From assembly GCA_965261005.1 (NCBI GenBank), contig OZ253375.1:448001-512000 (forward strand): a stretch of 64,000 bases of DNA, written 5' to 3'. A program made the position numbers and the translations under genes. Origin of the DNA: Deinococcus sp. GTDB lineage: Bacteria; Deinococcota; Deinococci; Deinococcales; Deinococcaceae. The notes beneath the pieces were generated by a model. The model was not told the origin of the DNA. It saw nothing but the letters and a program-made list of their open reading frames with translations, and made no database searches. Shown here piece after piece: positions 28,672 through 42,124 of this stretch; within the stretch, counting starts at the first letter, position 1; every line of letters starts with the position of its first letter.

Positions 28672-29117
28672 GCCGGCCTGCCCTAAAAAAGGCGTTGCGG
28701 CCAGGCTTTTTGGCCAGCGCCTACGGACCGGCCGGGGAGCGTTTCATGCTAACCGAGTCGCGCGGTCCGGCCCCCACGTGGGCGGGTGACCAGTGGGCCA
28801 TCGTGACCGCCCACAATCCGGGCGGGCGGCGCGCGCCGGACGACCAAAATGCGGCGCACGCCGCGCGGTTGGCCGCCGAGATCGCGCGGACAGGGCGGGT
28901 CAGCCTCGCGGTGGTCAACGGTTCGGGCGACTGGGCCGAGCCGGCGCGGCTGGTGTGGGGCGCGCGTCTCGCCGAGGCCGTGACTTGGGGCCGCGCTTAC
29001 GGACAGGCCGCCGTGCTGTGGGCCTCGGGCGCGCGGGTGGCGCTGGTGTGGCTCGGTCCAAGCGGCGTCTTGATTGAGCGCTTTTGGGCGTGCGGCGAGT
29101 TGGCCGGCCGTTTATGA
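28668..29117 (+). CDS. DUF3293-like protein
   Basis: WAIVTAHNPGG...N, W.E, WGRAYGQAAVL pattern; start uncertain (CTG 28668 or TTG 28695). Confidence 0.7.
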   Translation: MSRPALKKALRPGFLASAYGPAGERFMLTESRGPAPTWAGDQWAIVTAHNPGGRRAPDDQNAAHAARLAAEIARTGRVSLAVVNGSGDWAEPARLVWGARLAEAVTWGRAYGQAAVLWASGARVALVWLGPSGVLIERFWACGELAGRL

Positions 29118-29241
29118 AGAAAGCTTGCCCAACCTTATTCAAGCCTCACTTAGTGACTTCGTGCTTTGACAAGCTTTGTGGCGCAGTGTAGCCTCCAGAA
29201 GTCTGGAAATTCACAAAAAGTGGAACTGTTTTGCTGTCAAC

Positions 29242-29254
29242 AGAAAACGTTTCA
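29242..29254 (+). promoter_or_regulatory. Possible LacI-family operator upstream of the sugar ABC operon
   Basis: AGAAAACGTTTCA with AAACGTTT palindromic core immediately before the GGGAGG RBS. Confidence 0.5.
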
Positions 29255-29265
29255 CGGGAGGACGC

Positions 29266-30531
<1,266 letters not shown>

Positions 30532-30567
30532 GCGCCCAGTTCGGATTCACCGGTTCTTTATGGTGTG

Positions 30568-30593
30568 GGCGCCCCAATCGGGGCGCCTTTTTT
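30568..30593 (+). terminator. Intra-operon hairpin/terminator after the binding-protein gene
   Basis: GGCGCCCC-aatc-GGGGCGCC then T6. Confidence 0.75.
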
Positions 30594-30624
30594 GAGACTA
30601 CAGTAGGCTCCAAAGGAGGCCCAC

Positions 30625-32447
<1,823 letters not shown>

Positions 32448-32460
32448 ACGAACGTTTTTG

Positions 32461-32491
32461 AGTCCGGTCCTTCAGGGGGCCGGGCTTTTTT
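32461..32491 (+). terminator. Rho-independent terminator of the ABC operon
   Basis: AGTCCGGTCC...GGGCCGGGCT hairpin followed by a T run. Confidence 0.75.
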
Positions 32492-32593
32492 GCTGTCTGC
32501 ACGTTCGCCGCCTTTAGAAAGGGTCAAGGTGCCCCGCGCCGGGAACGGGATCCGGTCTCACATTGCCCGGGGTGGGCGCACTAGGCTCTTGTG

Positions 32594-33715
32594 GTGGCCT
32601 TCTCAAAACCCCTGCACAAACCCGGGCGCGCCCGCGAGCGCGTTTTGGCCGCGCTGGGAGTGACCGTGCTGCTGAGCTTCAGCCCCACGGTCGGGTGGCT
32701 GGTGTCGCGCGAGTACGCCAAGCTGCGGGCGCCCCTTCCCGTGGAGGCGCCGATTTTGCCGCCGCTGGGCGCGCCGGGGGCGGCAGAACTGCGGGCCTAC
32801 GCGGCGCAGCTGGCGGCCTACGAAAGCGCCCTCGGCGCCCTGAAAGTCTCCAACCGGCGCCGCCTTCAGTTGCTCGAAAACCACTTCGCGCTGTACCGCC
32901 GCGCGAACAGCTTGTTCGGTGCCGCACAGGCGGGCGCCCTTACGCGCATGCTCACCGCCGAAGTCAACAACCAGCAGCCCGCCCTCGGCCGGCGGTCGGT
33001 GTTTTCGAGTCCGGAGGCGGCCCAGGAAAACGTGGACCGCTGGCTGACCTTTTCCTGGCAAGCGCTACACATGCTCGACCGGCGCCACCCCGAACGCCTC
33101 GCACGGCAACTCGGCGTGCGCAGCCCCGCCCCCCTCGCGGCGGGCGTCGTGTTTAAGCAGGCGCGCTGGATTCGCCGCGCGGCGAGCGCCGCCCGCCTGC
33201 CGCCCGCCGTTCTCGCCGCCATCGTGGACAACGAGCAGGCGGGCACCACGCTGGCTTGGGGCTTATCCGGCCTGCTGCGCGACGCCGTGGACACGGCCGC
33301 CCTGCGGACCAGCGAGGTCTACGGCCGCAGCGGTCTCACCGGCGAGCTGTCCAACACGGTCGGCGTCACGCAGATGTCGTGGCAAGACGCCCTGCACCAA
33401 GCGGGCCGCTTGGGCGCGCTGAAGGTGCACCTCGGCGTGCCCTTTCCCACCGGCGAGCCGCAGGCCCGCGAACTGCTGGCGCGCCCCTACGCCAATTTGC
33501 TGCTGGCGGCCTCGCGGCTGCGCGGCTACCTGAACCACACCGCCGGCCTGCCGCCCAACAGCGCGGCCCCGCACATGGGCGCCTGGGCCTACTATCTCGC
33601 CCCCGGCTGGCACAACAACCCCGCGCTGGCCTCCAGCGGGCAAACTTGGCCGTACGCCTGGAACGCCTTTTTCAAGGCGTGCCTGTACCAGAGGTTGTTG
33701 CCGGAAATCAAGTAG
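32594..33715 (+). CDS. Membrane-anchored hypothetical protein with a possible lytic transglycosylase-like domain
   Basis: N-terminal TM segment; LAAIVDNE, VGVTQM, ANLLLAASRL, GWHN in SLT motif order; TAGGCT -10 before the GTG. Confidence 0.65.
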   Translation: MAFSKPLHKPGRARERVLAALGVTVLLSFSPTVGWLVSREYAKLRAPLPVEAPILPPLGAPGAAELRAYAAQLAAYESALGALKVSNRRRLQLLENHFALYRRANSLFGAAQAGALTRMLTAEVNNQQPALGRRSVFSSPEAAQENVDRWLTFSWQALHMLDRRHPERLARQLGVRSPAPLAAGVVFKQARWIRRAASAARLPPAVLAAIVDNEQAGTTLAWGLSGLLRDAVDTAALRTSEVYGRSGLTGELSNTVGVTQMSWQDALHQAGRLGALKVHLGVPFPTGEPQARELLARPYANLLLAASRLRGYLNHTAGLPPNSAAPHMGAWAYYLAPGWHNNPALASSGQTWPYAWNAFFKACLYQRLLPEIK

Positions 33716-33733
33716 GCGGAAACCAAGTAAGGC

Positions 33734-34642
33734 TCAGCCCAGCCGCCCTACGTCCTCCAAGCTGGGAGCGTAAGCGCCGGCGCGCTGGCAGGCGGCGGCG
33801 GCCACCCGCAGGGCGAAGCGGACGTGGGCGTCCCAAGCTTCCCCCGCCTTTTCCACGGCGCCGTATAGCAGGCCCGCCACAAAGGCGTCGCCCGCGCCCA
33901 CGGTGTCAGCGACCTCAATCGGAACGGCCGGAAAGTCCTGATGTTCACCGCCCAGAAACAGGCTCGCCCCAGCCGCGCCGCGCGTGACCACGATGGGGGC
34001 AGTGTCATTCTGTTCGCGCAGCCAAGCGACGCTCTCGGCCTCGCTGCGCTCTGGAAACAGAAAGCGCAGGTCCTCGTCGGACACCTTGATCAGGTCCGAC
34101 AGACACAGCACGTGCCGCATCGTCGCCAGGTACTCCGGGTCGCGGTGGGTCACGCGGGCGTTGGGGTCGAAGCTGATACGGGCGCCGGCCTTTTTGGCGC
34201 GCTCGGCCAGGTCGAGCAGCACGCCGCTGAGCGGCAAGCGCGTGAGGCTAATGCCGCCCAGGTGCAGCCACCCTATCCGCTCCAGCCAGCCGTCCGGCAA
34301 CAGGTGGGGCGCGAAGTGCAAGTCGGCGCTGTTTTCCCCCATAAAGAAGTAGGCCGGGGGATCGCTCTCGTGCACCACCGCCAGCAGCGTGGGCGTGCTG
34401 GCGCGCTGCAAAAAGCGCTCGTCCAGGCCCGCCAGCTTCGTTTGGCGGGCCAACTCGTCGCCGAACACGTCGCGGCCCACCGCGCCCGCAAAGGCGCTGA
34501 ACAGACCCAGGGCGGCGCAGGCGCGGGCCACGTTCCAGCCCGCCCCGCCGGGGTGCGAGGTCCAGCTGTGTTCGCCCGCGCGCACAAGGTCAGTCAGAGC
34601 CTCGCCGGCGCTGACGACGGTGGGAAAAGCAGTCTCGGTCAT
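33734..34642 (-). CDS. PfkB family carbohydrate kinase (fructokinase-like)
   Basis: [30 protein letters not shown]. Confidence 0.92.
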   Translation of the reverse strand: MTETAFPTVVSAGEALTDLVRAGEHSWTSHPGGAGWNVARACAALGLFSAFAGAVGRDVFGDELARQTKLAGLDERFLQRASTPTLLAVVHESDPPAYFFMGENSADLHFAPHLLPDGWLERIGWLHLGGISLTRLPLSGVLLDLAERAKKAGARISFDPNARVTHRDPEYLATMRHVLCLSDLIKVSDEDLRFLFPERSEAESVAWLREQNDTAPIVVTRGAAGASLFLGGEHQDFPAVPIEVADTVGAGDAFVAGLLYGAVEKAGEAWDAHVRFALRVAAAACQRAGAYAPSLEDVGRLG

Positions 34643-34651
34643 GCCGGCAGT

Positions 34652-35323
34652 TTAGGACGGCCCGAACACGTCGCGGAGGTGCGCCGCGAAGTCGGCGGGA
34701 TCGCGGTAGATTGCCAGGGCGTCCCCGAAGTCCTCGAAGCCGCCGCAGCGCAAGGCGACCGTCCGCACCCCGGCCCGGTTCGCCGCCGTCACGTCATAGG
34801 GCGTGTCGCCGACCATCAGCACCTCTTCCGGCGGCAGGGCGAGCTTGGTCAGGGCGGCTTGGGCGATGTCGGGCTGCGGCTTGCTCGCCTTCACGTCGCT
34901 GGCGGTGGTGGCGGGCAAATCCATACCCTCCAGCCCCGCCTTTTCGAGCAGGGCGTCGATCATGGACTGCTCCGAGGAGGTGCCCAGAACCACCTTCAGG
35001 CCGCGCGCCAGCAGCGCCTCGACAAAGTCGCGTGCGCCGGGTTGAGGTTCCAAGTAAGGCAACTCGTCGCCGGTGAAGTGGCGCTCCCACTGGGTCTTGA
35101 GCCGCTCAAACAGCGCCTCGTCCTCGATTTTCCCGATCACCTGGGGCACCAACTGGTCGCCGCCCATGCCGATCAGGGGCCGCACCTTGTCATAAGGCAC
35201 GTCCAGGCCCTCCTCGCCAAAGGCGTTCACCCAAGCGCGGGCGTGGGCGTCGTTGCTGTCCACCAAGGTGCCGTCCACGTCCAGAATCACGCCGCGCCAG
35301 AATGAGCCGTCAGGGCTGGTCAT
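34652..35323 (-). CDS. HAD family hydrolase
   Basis: [22 protein letters not shown]. Confidence 0.92.
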   Translation of the reverse strand: MTSPDGSFWRGVILDVDGTLVDSNDAHARAWVNAFGEEGLDVPYDKVRPLIGMGGDQLVPQVIGKIEDEALFERLKTQWERHFTGDELPYLEPQPGARDFVEALLARGLKVVLGTSSEQSMIDALLEKAGLEGMDLPATTASDVKASKPQPDIAQAALTKLALPPEEVLMVGDTPYDVTAANRAGVRTVALRCGGFEDFGDALAIYRDPADFAAHLRDVFGPS

Positions 35324-35413
35324 GGTCCGAGGCTACAGGCACGGGGGCCTCACGCGCTTGAGCCTCCCTTGAGGCACGCGCGGGACAAGGCGGCGGGCGC
35401 GCAAGCTGAGGCC

Positions 35414-36175
35414 ATGAGCGAGGAACAACGGGTCTTGATCACGGGAGGAGCGCAGGGCATCGGGCGCGCCATCGCCGAACTGTACCTGGCGCGTGGGGCG
35501 CGGGTCTTGCTGTTCGACGTGCAGGAGGACGTTCAAGCCGCGGCACGCACCCTCGGCGCCGAGGCCGTGACGGGGGACGTGGCGCGCGGGGAAGACCGGG
35601 ATTTAGCGGTGGAGCGGGCGCTTTCCCTGTGGGGCGGACTCGACGTCTTGGTGAACAACGCCGCCTACCAGAAAGCCTCCGGCTCGCTGCTGGAGGTGGA
35701 CCCCGAGGGCTGGCGGCGGGCGCTGGACGTCAACCTCAGTGGCCCCCTGCTGCTGACGCGCGCCTGCGTGCCCCACATGCCGCAGGGCGGCGCCGTCGTG
35801 AACGTCGCCTCGGTGCAGGGCCTCTTCGCCGAACAGGGCAACGCCGCCTACACCGCCAGCAAGGGCGGCCTGATCAATTTGACCCGCTCGATGGCCCTCG
35901 ACCTCGCGCCGCGGGGCCTTCGCGTGAACGCCGTCGCCCCCGGCGCTATCGCCACCGAGGGTTTGCTCAAGGGCATTCAGGACAGCGCCGACCCCGGACA
36001 GACCCGCCGGGATTATGAGGACCTGCACGCCTTGAAAAGAATTGGCGAGCCGAAGGAAGTGGCCGAGGCGGTCTACTTTCTCGGCTCGGAGCGCGCCAGC
36101 TTTATCACCGGCGCGATTCTGACCGTGGACGGCGGCATGACGGCCAGCTTCATGATGGCGGGGCGGCCGGTCTGA
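35414..36175 (+). CDS. SDR family oxidoreductase
   Basis: [22 protein letters not shown]. Confidence 0.92.
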   Translation: MSEEQRVLITGGAQGIGRAIAELYLARGARVLLFDVQEDVQAAARTLGAEAVTGDVARGEDRDLAVERALSLWGGLDVLVNNAAYQKASGSLLEVDPEGWRRALDVNLSGPLLLTRACVPHMPQGGAVVNVASVQGLFAEQGNAAYTASKGGLINLTRSMALDLAPRGLRVNAVAPGAIATEGLLKGIQDSADPGQTRRDYEDLHALKRIGEPKEVAEAVYFLGSERASFITGAILTVDGGMTASFMMAGRPV

Positions 36176-37222
36176 TCACCGGCCCATGTCAATCCCGACG
36201 GTCACGTCGTTTGTTCGGGGTGAGCCGGAGGTGATGCTGACGGCCGTCCCCGTGACGGCGCACCCGTCGGCGCTGACGTGAGACGCGGACCAATCGGCCA
36301 AGGCCCCGCCGAAGAAGGTTCCCAGCTTGCTGGCGACAAAGCTGAAGACGCCGGACGCGCCGTACTTCACGCTGCCGTCATAACCGTTCGGAAAGACCGA
36401 AAGTAGGTCGCCGTTGGCGATGGCCGCCGTCCGCTTCCAGTACTGGTCGGCGCCGGCCGCGTTAAAACCGGGCGCGGCAGGCAAATTCATCAGAATCGAG
36501 GACGTCCCGTCCGGCCGGTCCACCCGCAGGATCAGGGTGTCGCGCCCATTGACGCCGAGGCGGGTTGGGTAGCCGCCCCCAACCGAGACAGCGTGGCCCG
36601 GCGCGATGTGGCGCGCCTCCGCGTAGAAGCCGCCGACGTTGTAGAACGCGCGCAACTCCGCAGCGTAATAGACCAGGCCGGCGTCCACCTCGCTGCCGCC
36701 CCCGGCCTGCCCGCCCAAATATTGGTAGGCGGCCCAGGGCCGGCGGCCGATGGGGGCGGGAAAGACGGCGCTGGAAATATTGAGGACCGCAGAAATCACG
36801 CTGAAGCCGGGGCCGGACCAGGAGCGCCAAAAAGGGCCGTCGGCGGCGGGGGTGCAGTCGGGATAGGTGGTGGACAGGGCGCCCAGGTCGGGGCGCGCGA
36901 GGGCGGGCAAGCTCGGGCCAGCGCCGCCGTCCCGGAAGCGAACCGCCTGACCGTCCGGCACGACCTGACCCTGGCGGGCCAGCAGGGCGTCCGAGGTGGC
37001 GTACAGCTTGCCGTCCTGCGCGAGAAACACGGCATCGAAGCGCTCGCCACCGGCGAGAAAGGCGGCCGGAAGGGTCGCGTACCAAGCGCGGAGTTCGCCC
37101 AACACGGCGGGCGGAAAGTCGGGGCGAATGGTCAGGCGCACGTCGGGAGCGGGCGGTGGTGGGTTGCAGCCGACCAGGAGGCCGAGCGCGGCGCCGGCGG
37201 ACAACGGCAGGAAGCGCCTCAT
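36176..37222 (-). CDS. Hypothetical lipoprotein (possible YrpD-like beta-sandwich domain)
   Basis: MRRFLPLSAGAALGLLVGC lipobox; ATGA overlap with the GNAT gene; YQYLGG and EVDAGL motifs. Confidence 0.7.
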   Translation of the reverse strand: MRRFLPLSAGAALGLLVGCNPPPPAPDVRLTIRPDFPPAVLGELRAWYATLPAAFLAGGERFDAVFLAQDGKLYATSDALLARQGQVVPDGQAVRFRDGGAGPSLPALARPDLGALSTTYPDCTPAADGPFWRSWSGPGFSVISAVLNISSAVFPAPIGRRPWAAYQYLGGQAGGGSEVDAGLVYYAAELRAFYNVGGFYAEARHIAPGHAVSVGGGYPTRLGVNGRDTLILRVDRPDGTSSILMNLPAAPGFNAAGADQYWKRTAAIANGDLLSVFPNGYDGSVKYGASGVFSFVASKLGTFFGGALADWSASHVSADGCAVTGTAVSITSGSPRTNDVTVGIDMGR

Positions 37223-38058
37223 GTCGCCCCTGACCCCAGCACCTCTTCCCGGCTGTCTGCCATGTGCCGATAGCCGAGCCGCCGGTAGATGGCGTTGCTG
37301 ATCAGGTTCGATAGGTCGGTGTAGAGAAAGGCGAAGTCGTACCCGTCTGCCAAAACGGTCTGACTCACGTGGGCGACCAAGTTGCTGGCGTAACCGCGTC
37401 CGCGCAACTCCGGCGGCGTGTACACGGCGTTGATTCGCAGCCCGCCGCCCCCACCCGGCCCCCGCGTCGGCCCGGCGGTGCCGGCCTGGGCGACGGGTTG
37501 GCCGGCGTCCTCCCACACGAACAGATGTCCAAGCCAGGCGAGCACGCTCCGCTCCGCCTCCTGCTCGGTCGGTCGCGGGTGTTGTGGCATCGCCTCGGCG
37601 TGGAAGGCCGTATGCCAAGCGGTCAGCGTCCTCACGTCGTCCGAGGTGGCGGGACGCGCACGCCCCGGTGCGGGCCGGGGCGGGGAAACCGCCCTCAGCT
37701 CGTAGATGCCCTGACTCATTCCGCTTTGATGCTTTCGCCCGCTCAAGGCCGCCGCCGTCAGGACGCTCTCCGAGGGGCCGATCAATAGGCGGCTTCCCGG
37801 ATGCAGGGCGTCCCGTGCCAGCAGGGCGACGGCCTCTTCAGGGCCGCGCGATAAGATCAGACGATCAGGAAGCGTACTGAGAGCTGCCGCTTGGATCGCC
37901 CCATTTTCTTCGACGTAGGCCCAGTACACGCCCTCTGCGGGCGCGGGCGTACCCTCCGCCAGCCCCAACATCAGGCCGTGCTCGGCCTCGCTCGTTCGCA
38001 GGAACGTTCGCGTGGCCTCAAGCCAGGCCGTCAGGGTGTTCGGTCGAATCAGCTGCAT
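37219..38058 (-). CDS. GNAT family acetyltransferase
   Basis: RINAVYTPPELRGRGYAS, LYTDLSNLISNAIYRRLGY. Confidence 0.9.
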   Translation of the reverse strand: MQLIRPNTLTAWLEATRTFLRTSEAEHGLMLGLAEGTPAPAEGVYWAYVEENGAIQAAALSTLPDRLILSRGPEEAVALLARDALHPGSRLLIGPSESVLTAAALSGRKHQSGMSQGIYELRAVSPPRPAPGRARPATSDDVRTLTAWHTAFHAEAMPQHPRPTEQEAERSVLAWLGHLFVWEDAGQPVAQAGTAGPTRGPGGGGGLRINAVYTPPELRGRGYASNLVAHVSQTVLADGYDFAFLYTDLSNLISNAIYRRLGYRHMADSREEVLGSGAT

Positions 38059-38076
38059 GAATTGATTTTAGGGGCG

Positions 38077-38982
38077 TTATGGTGACCAAGACGCCTGGGC
38101 GTTATCCCTAAGCACTTCACCGATCACGCGCCGGGCCTCTTCCGCCTTCAAGGGGTCGGTATCGATGTACTCGGCCAGGGTGATCAAACCCTTCCATAGC
38201 GCCCAGCCACGACCGCGCGCCCAGGTGGCGTCGTCCACCGCGAGGGCGGCGCGAAACGCTTCACGGCTTTCCCCAGCAAAGAGCGTCCAGGCAATCACCG
38301 TGTCACAGGCGGGATCGCCGACGCCCATGCCCCCGAAGTCAATCACGGCGCTCAACCGTCCCTCACGCGCCAGCAGGTTGCCCGCGCTGACGTCCCCGTG
38401 AACCCAGACGGGTGGGCCATGCCAAGTTGCCCCCAGCGCAGCTTCCCAGACTGCCGTCACGGCGCCGGGGTCAATCACGCCGCCGAGGGCCGCCGCAGCG
38501 CGCCGGGTGTCCGCGTCATAGGTGGTCAGCGGGCCGCCGCGAAAAAAGTTGTGCGGTCCGGGCGGTGGGCCGCCACTTGAATCAACCCGTTGCAGGGCAG
38601 TGAGAAACTGGGCGAGCGCGACCGCACATTGCTCAAGGTCAGCGACGCGCCCGGTCGCCACGCTCTCGCCCTCCAGCCAGCGGTAAACGGACCAGGACCA
38701 GGGATAGCCCTCGCCGGGAACACCCAGAGCCAGGGGAGCAGGAATGGGCAAAGGCAGAAGCGGCGCGAGCCTCGGCAGCCAGCGCTGCTCCTTGTCCACC
38801 TGCGCGGCGTACCCCTCTGCGCTCGGAAGGCGCACGGTCATATGTTCGCCGAGGTGAAAGGTCCGGTTGTCCCAACCGCCGAACGCCACCGGCCTGACCG
38901 GAAGGTCGGCCCACTGCGGAAACTGCGCCGCGACCAAGCGGCTCACGAGGGCGGCGTTGATATTCACATCTTGGGGCGTCAC
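38077..38982 (-). CDS. Aminoglycoside phosphotransferase family protein
   Basis: [37 protein letters not shown]. Confidence 0.9.
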   Translation of the reverse strand: MTPQDVNINAALVSRLVAAQFPQWADLPVRPVAFGGWDNRTFHLGEHMTVRLPSAEGYAAQVDKEQRWLPRLAPLLPLPIPAPLALGVPGEGYPWSWSVYRWLEGESVATGRVADLEQCAVALAQFLTALQRVDSSGGPPPGPHNFFRGGPLTTYDADTRRAAAALGGVIDPGAVTAVWEAALGATWHGPPVWVHGDVSAGNLLAREGRLSAVIDFGGMGVGDPACDTVIAWTLFAGESREAFRAALAVDDATWARGRGWALWKGLITLAEYIDTDPLKAEEARRVIGEVLRDNAQASWSP

Positions 38983-39827
38983 TCCGCCGGCTCCCCCGCC
39001 CTCGGGTACGACCCGATCACCTTCACGAAGCTGGCCCGCCGCAGCACGCCGACCAGGGCCGCCGCGATGGCCGGGTCGCGGGCGTCGCCCTCGAAGTCCA
39101 CGTACATCAGGTAGCTCCAGGCGCGGTCGCGGCGCGGGCGGGACTCGATTTTGGAGAGGTTCAGGCCGCGCAGCTCGCCCAAGGTTTCGACCAAAAAGCC
39201 GGGGGTGTGGCGCACCGCGAAGACCAGGGAGGTCTTGTAGGGAACGCCCTCCACCTTGGCCGGCTCTAAGCGCGACAGGGCCAGAAAGCGGGTGAAGTTG
39301 AAGCTCTCGTCCTCAATGCTCTCGGCCAGCACGTTCAGGCCGTACAGCTCGCCGGCTCTGCGCGAGGCGATCACGGCCTCGTCACGCGCCCCGCGCCCGG
39401 CGAGGTCCTGGGCGGCGCCAGCGGTGTCGTAGGCGGCGACCGGCAGCAAATGGTGGCGCGCCAGAAAGCCGTCGCACTGGGCCAGGGCCTGCGGATGCGA
39501 AGAGACCCGCCGCACGTCCGCCAGCGCCACCCCCGGCAGGGCCAGCAGATGGTGGCGCACCCGCACCACGATCTCACCGGCCACGTGCAAATCGGTGTTG
39601 AGCAGCAAATCTACGTTCTGGTGAACGCTGCCGGCCAGGCTGTTCTCCACCGGCACCACGCCGAGACCCACCTCACCGCTCGCCACCGCCGCGAAGACCT
39701 CGTGAAAGGTGGGGTAGCCGCGCGGGGCAGCGTTCCCAGCGGCCAGCAGGGCGGCGCGCTCGCCGTAGGCGCCGGCCACCCCCTGGAAGGCGACGCTGAC
39801 GGTGGCGGTTTCGGAAAGGGTTGTCAT
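38979..39827 (-). CDS. pheA: Prephenate dehydratase
   Basis: [43 protein letters not shown]. Confidence 0.94.
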   Translation of the reverse strand: MTTLSETATVSVAFQGVAGAYGERAALLAAGNAAPRGYPTFHEVFAAVASGEVGLGVVPVENSLAGSVHQNVDLLLNTDLHVAGEIVVRVRHHLLALPGVALADVRRVSSHPQALAQCDGFLARHHLLPVAAYDTAGAAQDLAGRGARDEAVIASRRAGELYGLNVLAESIEDESFNFTRFLALSRLEPAKVEGVPYKTSLVFAVRHTPGFLVETLGELRGLNLSKIESRPRRDRAWSYLMYVDFEGDARDPAIAAALVGVLRRASFVKVIGSYPRAGEPAE

Positions 39828-40001
39828 GAACGCCAGCCTAAAGCATTGGGTAGAAGGGGCTGGCCTCCTCGCTGCGCAAGTATTCTTCTACGCTCATAGG
39901 CTCCAGGTATGGGGCGCTCACCCCATCATCTTACCCACCCGCCGCTTCTGAAGAAGTTCATTTATGAGACCCGGCACACCTCGGGCGTTTAGGCTGGGGG
40001 C

Positions 40002-41879
40002 ATGACTGCGACCACTCAAACCAGTGACCTAGATTTCTGGAGCCTCGCCAGCGGCGAGAACGTCCGGCCCGACCAAATCTTGGGGGCGCACGCCGCTGAG
40101 CAGAACGGTGAGGCGGGCGTGCGCTTCGCGGTGTGGGCGCCGGGGGCGCGGCACGTGAGCGTGATGGGCGACTTCAACGGCTGGAGTCCCTTCGACCATC
40201 CCCTCACGCGCCACGAGTTGGGCTTTTGGCACGCCTTTGTGCCGGGGGCGCGGCACGGCCAGCTGTACAAGTTCGCCGTGACCGATTCGTGGGACAACAC
40301 CGTGCAAAAGACTGATCCCTACGCCCGCAGCATGGAACTGCGCCCCGGCACCGCCAGCGTGATCTGGGCGCCGCCGCAAGACTTCGCGTGGGGCGACGCG
40401 GCCTGGCTGAGCGCGCGGACCCGGGGGTACGACCGGCCCATGTCCATCTACGAGATGCACCTCGGCTCGTGGTCGCGGCGCGAGGACGGCTGGTACCTGA
40501 ATTACCGCGAGATCGCCCAAAGGCTGGCCGACTACTGCAACCAGCTCAACTTCACCCATGTGGAGCTGATGGGCGTCTCCGAGCACCCCTTCGACGGCTC
40601 GTGGGGCTATCAGGTGACGGGCTACTACGCGCCCACCTCGCGCTACGGCACGCCGGACGACTTCAAGTGGATGGTGAACCACCTGCACGAGCGCGGCCTC
40701 GGCGTGATCGTGGACTGGGTGCCGGGGCACTTCCCAACCGACAGCGCGGGCCTGGCCAAGTGGGACGGCGGTCCCCTATTCGAGTACGCCGATCCGCGCA
40801 AGGGCTACCACCACGACTGGAACACCTACATCTTCGATTACGGCCGCAACGAGGTGGTCGCCTTTTTGATCGGCTCGGCGCTGAGCTTGATCGAGGATTA
40901 CCACGTGGACGGGCTGCGGGTGGACGCGGTCGCCTCGATGCTGTACCTGGACTTTTCGCGCGACGAGTGGGTGCCCAACGTGTTCGGCGGGCGCGAGAAC
41001 CTGGAGGCCATCGCCTTTTTGAAGCGCTTGAACGACAGCGTTCACGGCCGCAACCCCGGCGCCATCATGGTGGCCGAGGAGTCCACCGCCTTTCCCGGTG
41101 TCACCTGGCCGACCCCGGACGGCCTCGGCTTCGACTACAAGTGGGCCATGGGCTGGATGAACGACTCGCTGTTTTACTTCGGGCGCGACCCGGTCTACCG
41201 CAAGTACGAGCACCACAAGCTGACCTTTTTCAACGTCTACCGCACCTCCGAGCACTTCATCCTGGCCGTCTCGCACGACGAGGTGGTCCACCTCAAGAAG
41301 TCGCTGGTGTCCAAGATGCCGGGCAGTTGGTACGAGCAGCGCGCCGGGCTGCGCAGCTTTTTCGCGCTTCAGTGGGCCACCCCCGGCAAAAAGCTGATCT
41401 TCATGGGCCAGGAGTTCGCGCAAGGCAGCGAGTGGAACTACAACGTCGGCCTGCCGTGGTACAGCCTGGACCACAGCGAGCACGCCGGGGTGCAGCGCCT
41501 CGTGGGCGACCTCAACAAGCTCTACCGCGACCTGCCCGCCCTGCACGCCGGCGACGCGGCCGAGGAGGGTCAGTACTGGCTGAACGCCGACGACGAGGAC
41601 AACAGCGTGTACAGCTTTGTGCGCCGCGACCCGGGAAGCGGCGCGCAGGTGATCGTGGTGGCCTCGCTGACGCCGGTCTACCGCGAGGGTTACCGCGTCG
41701 GCGTGCCGGAAGGGGGCACCTACCACGTGCTGCTCAATACCGACGCGGGCGAGTACGGCGGCTTCGGCACCCAGCAGGATGATTTGACGGCGCAGCCGGG
41801 CGAGTGGAACGGCCAGCCGTACCACCTGAACCTGAACCTGGCGCCCAACAGCGTGCTGTACTTAGAGCGGGTGGGCTGA
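40002..41879 (+). CDS. glgB: 1,4-alpha-glucan branching enzyme
   Basis: RFAVWAP, IYEMHLGSW, SWGYQ, GLRVDAVASM, AEEST, SHDEVVH. Confidence 0.96.
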   Translation: MTATTQTSDLDFWSLASGENVRPDQILGAHAAEQNGEAGVRFAVWAPGARHVSVMGDFNGWSPFDHPLTRHELGFWHAFVPGARHGQLYKFAVTDSWDNTVQKTDPYARSMELRPGTASVIWAPPQDFAWGDAAWLSARTRGYDRPMSIYEMHLGSWSRREDGWYLNYREIAQRLADYCNQLNFTHVELMGVSEHPFDGSWGYQVTGYYAPTSRYGTPDDFKWMVNHLHERGLGVIVDWVPGHFPTDSAGLAKWDGGPLFEYADPRKGYHHDWNTYIFDYGRNEVVAFLIGSALSLIEDYHVDGLRVDAVASMLYLDFSRDEWVPNVFGGRENLEAIAFLKRLNDSVHGRNPGAIMVAEESTAFPGVTWPTPDGLGFDYKWAMGWMNDSLFYFGRDPVYRKYEHHKLTFFNVYRTSEHFILAVSHDEVVHLKKSLVSKMPGSWYEQRAGLRSFFALQWATPGKKLIFMGQEFAQGSEWNYNVGLPWYSLDHSEHAGVQRLVGDLNKLYRDLPALHAGDAAEEGQYWLNADDEDNSVYSFVRRDPGSGAQVIVVASLTPVYREGYRVGVPEGGTYHVLLNTDAGEYGGFGTQQDDLTAQPGEWNGQPYHLNLNLAPNSVLYLERVG

Positions 41880-42124
41880 GCCGCCTGAGCCGCCCGCCCC
41901 ACCAGATCGCCAACTTGCTGATCCTGCTGGCCTTGGCGCTGCTGCTGTTCGCGCCGCTGTTGGGGCTGGGTCGCCCACCCCTGTGGCTGGTGGCGGGGCT
42001 GCTGGTTGTGCGGCTGGGCCTCCAGCTGTGGCGGGCGCGCTTTGATCCGGGATTGCGCCGCCCGGCCGCGTGGCTGATTGACTTGGCGCTGATCGCGCTG
42101 TTACTGACCCAGGCCAAGCCCTGA
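41876..42124 (+). CDS. Small membrane protein (probable CTG start)
   Basis: Three Leu-rich hydrophobic segments; CTGA overlap with the glgB stop. Confidence 0.55.
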   Translation: MSRLSRPPHQIANLLILLALALLLFAPLLGLGRPPLWLVAGLLVVRLGLQLWRARFDPGLRRPAAWLIDLALIALLLTQAKP

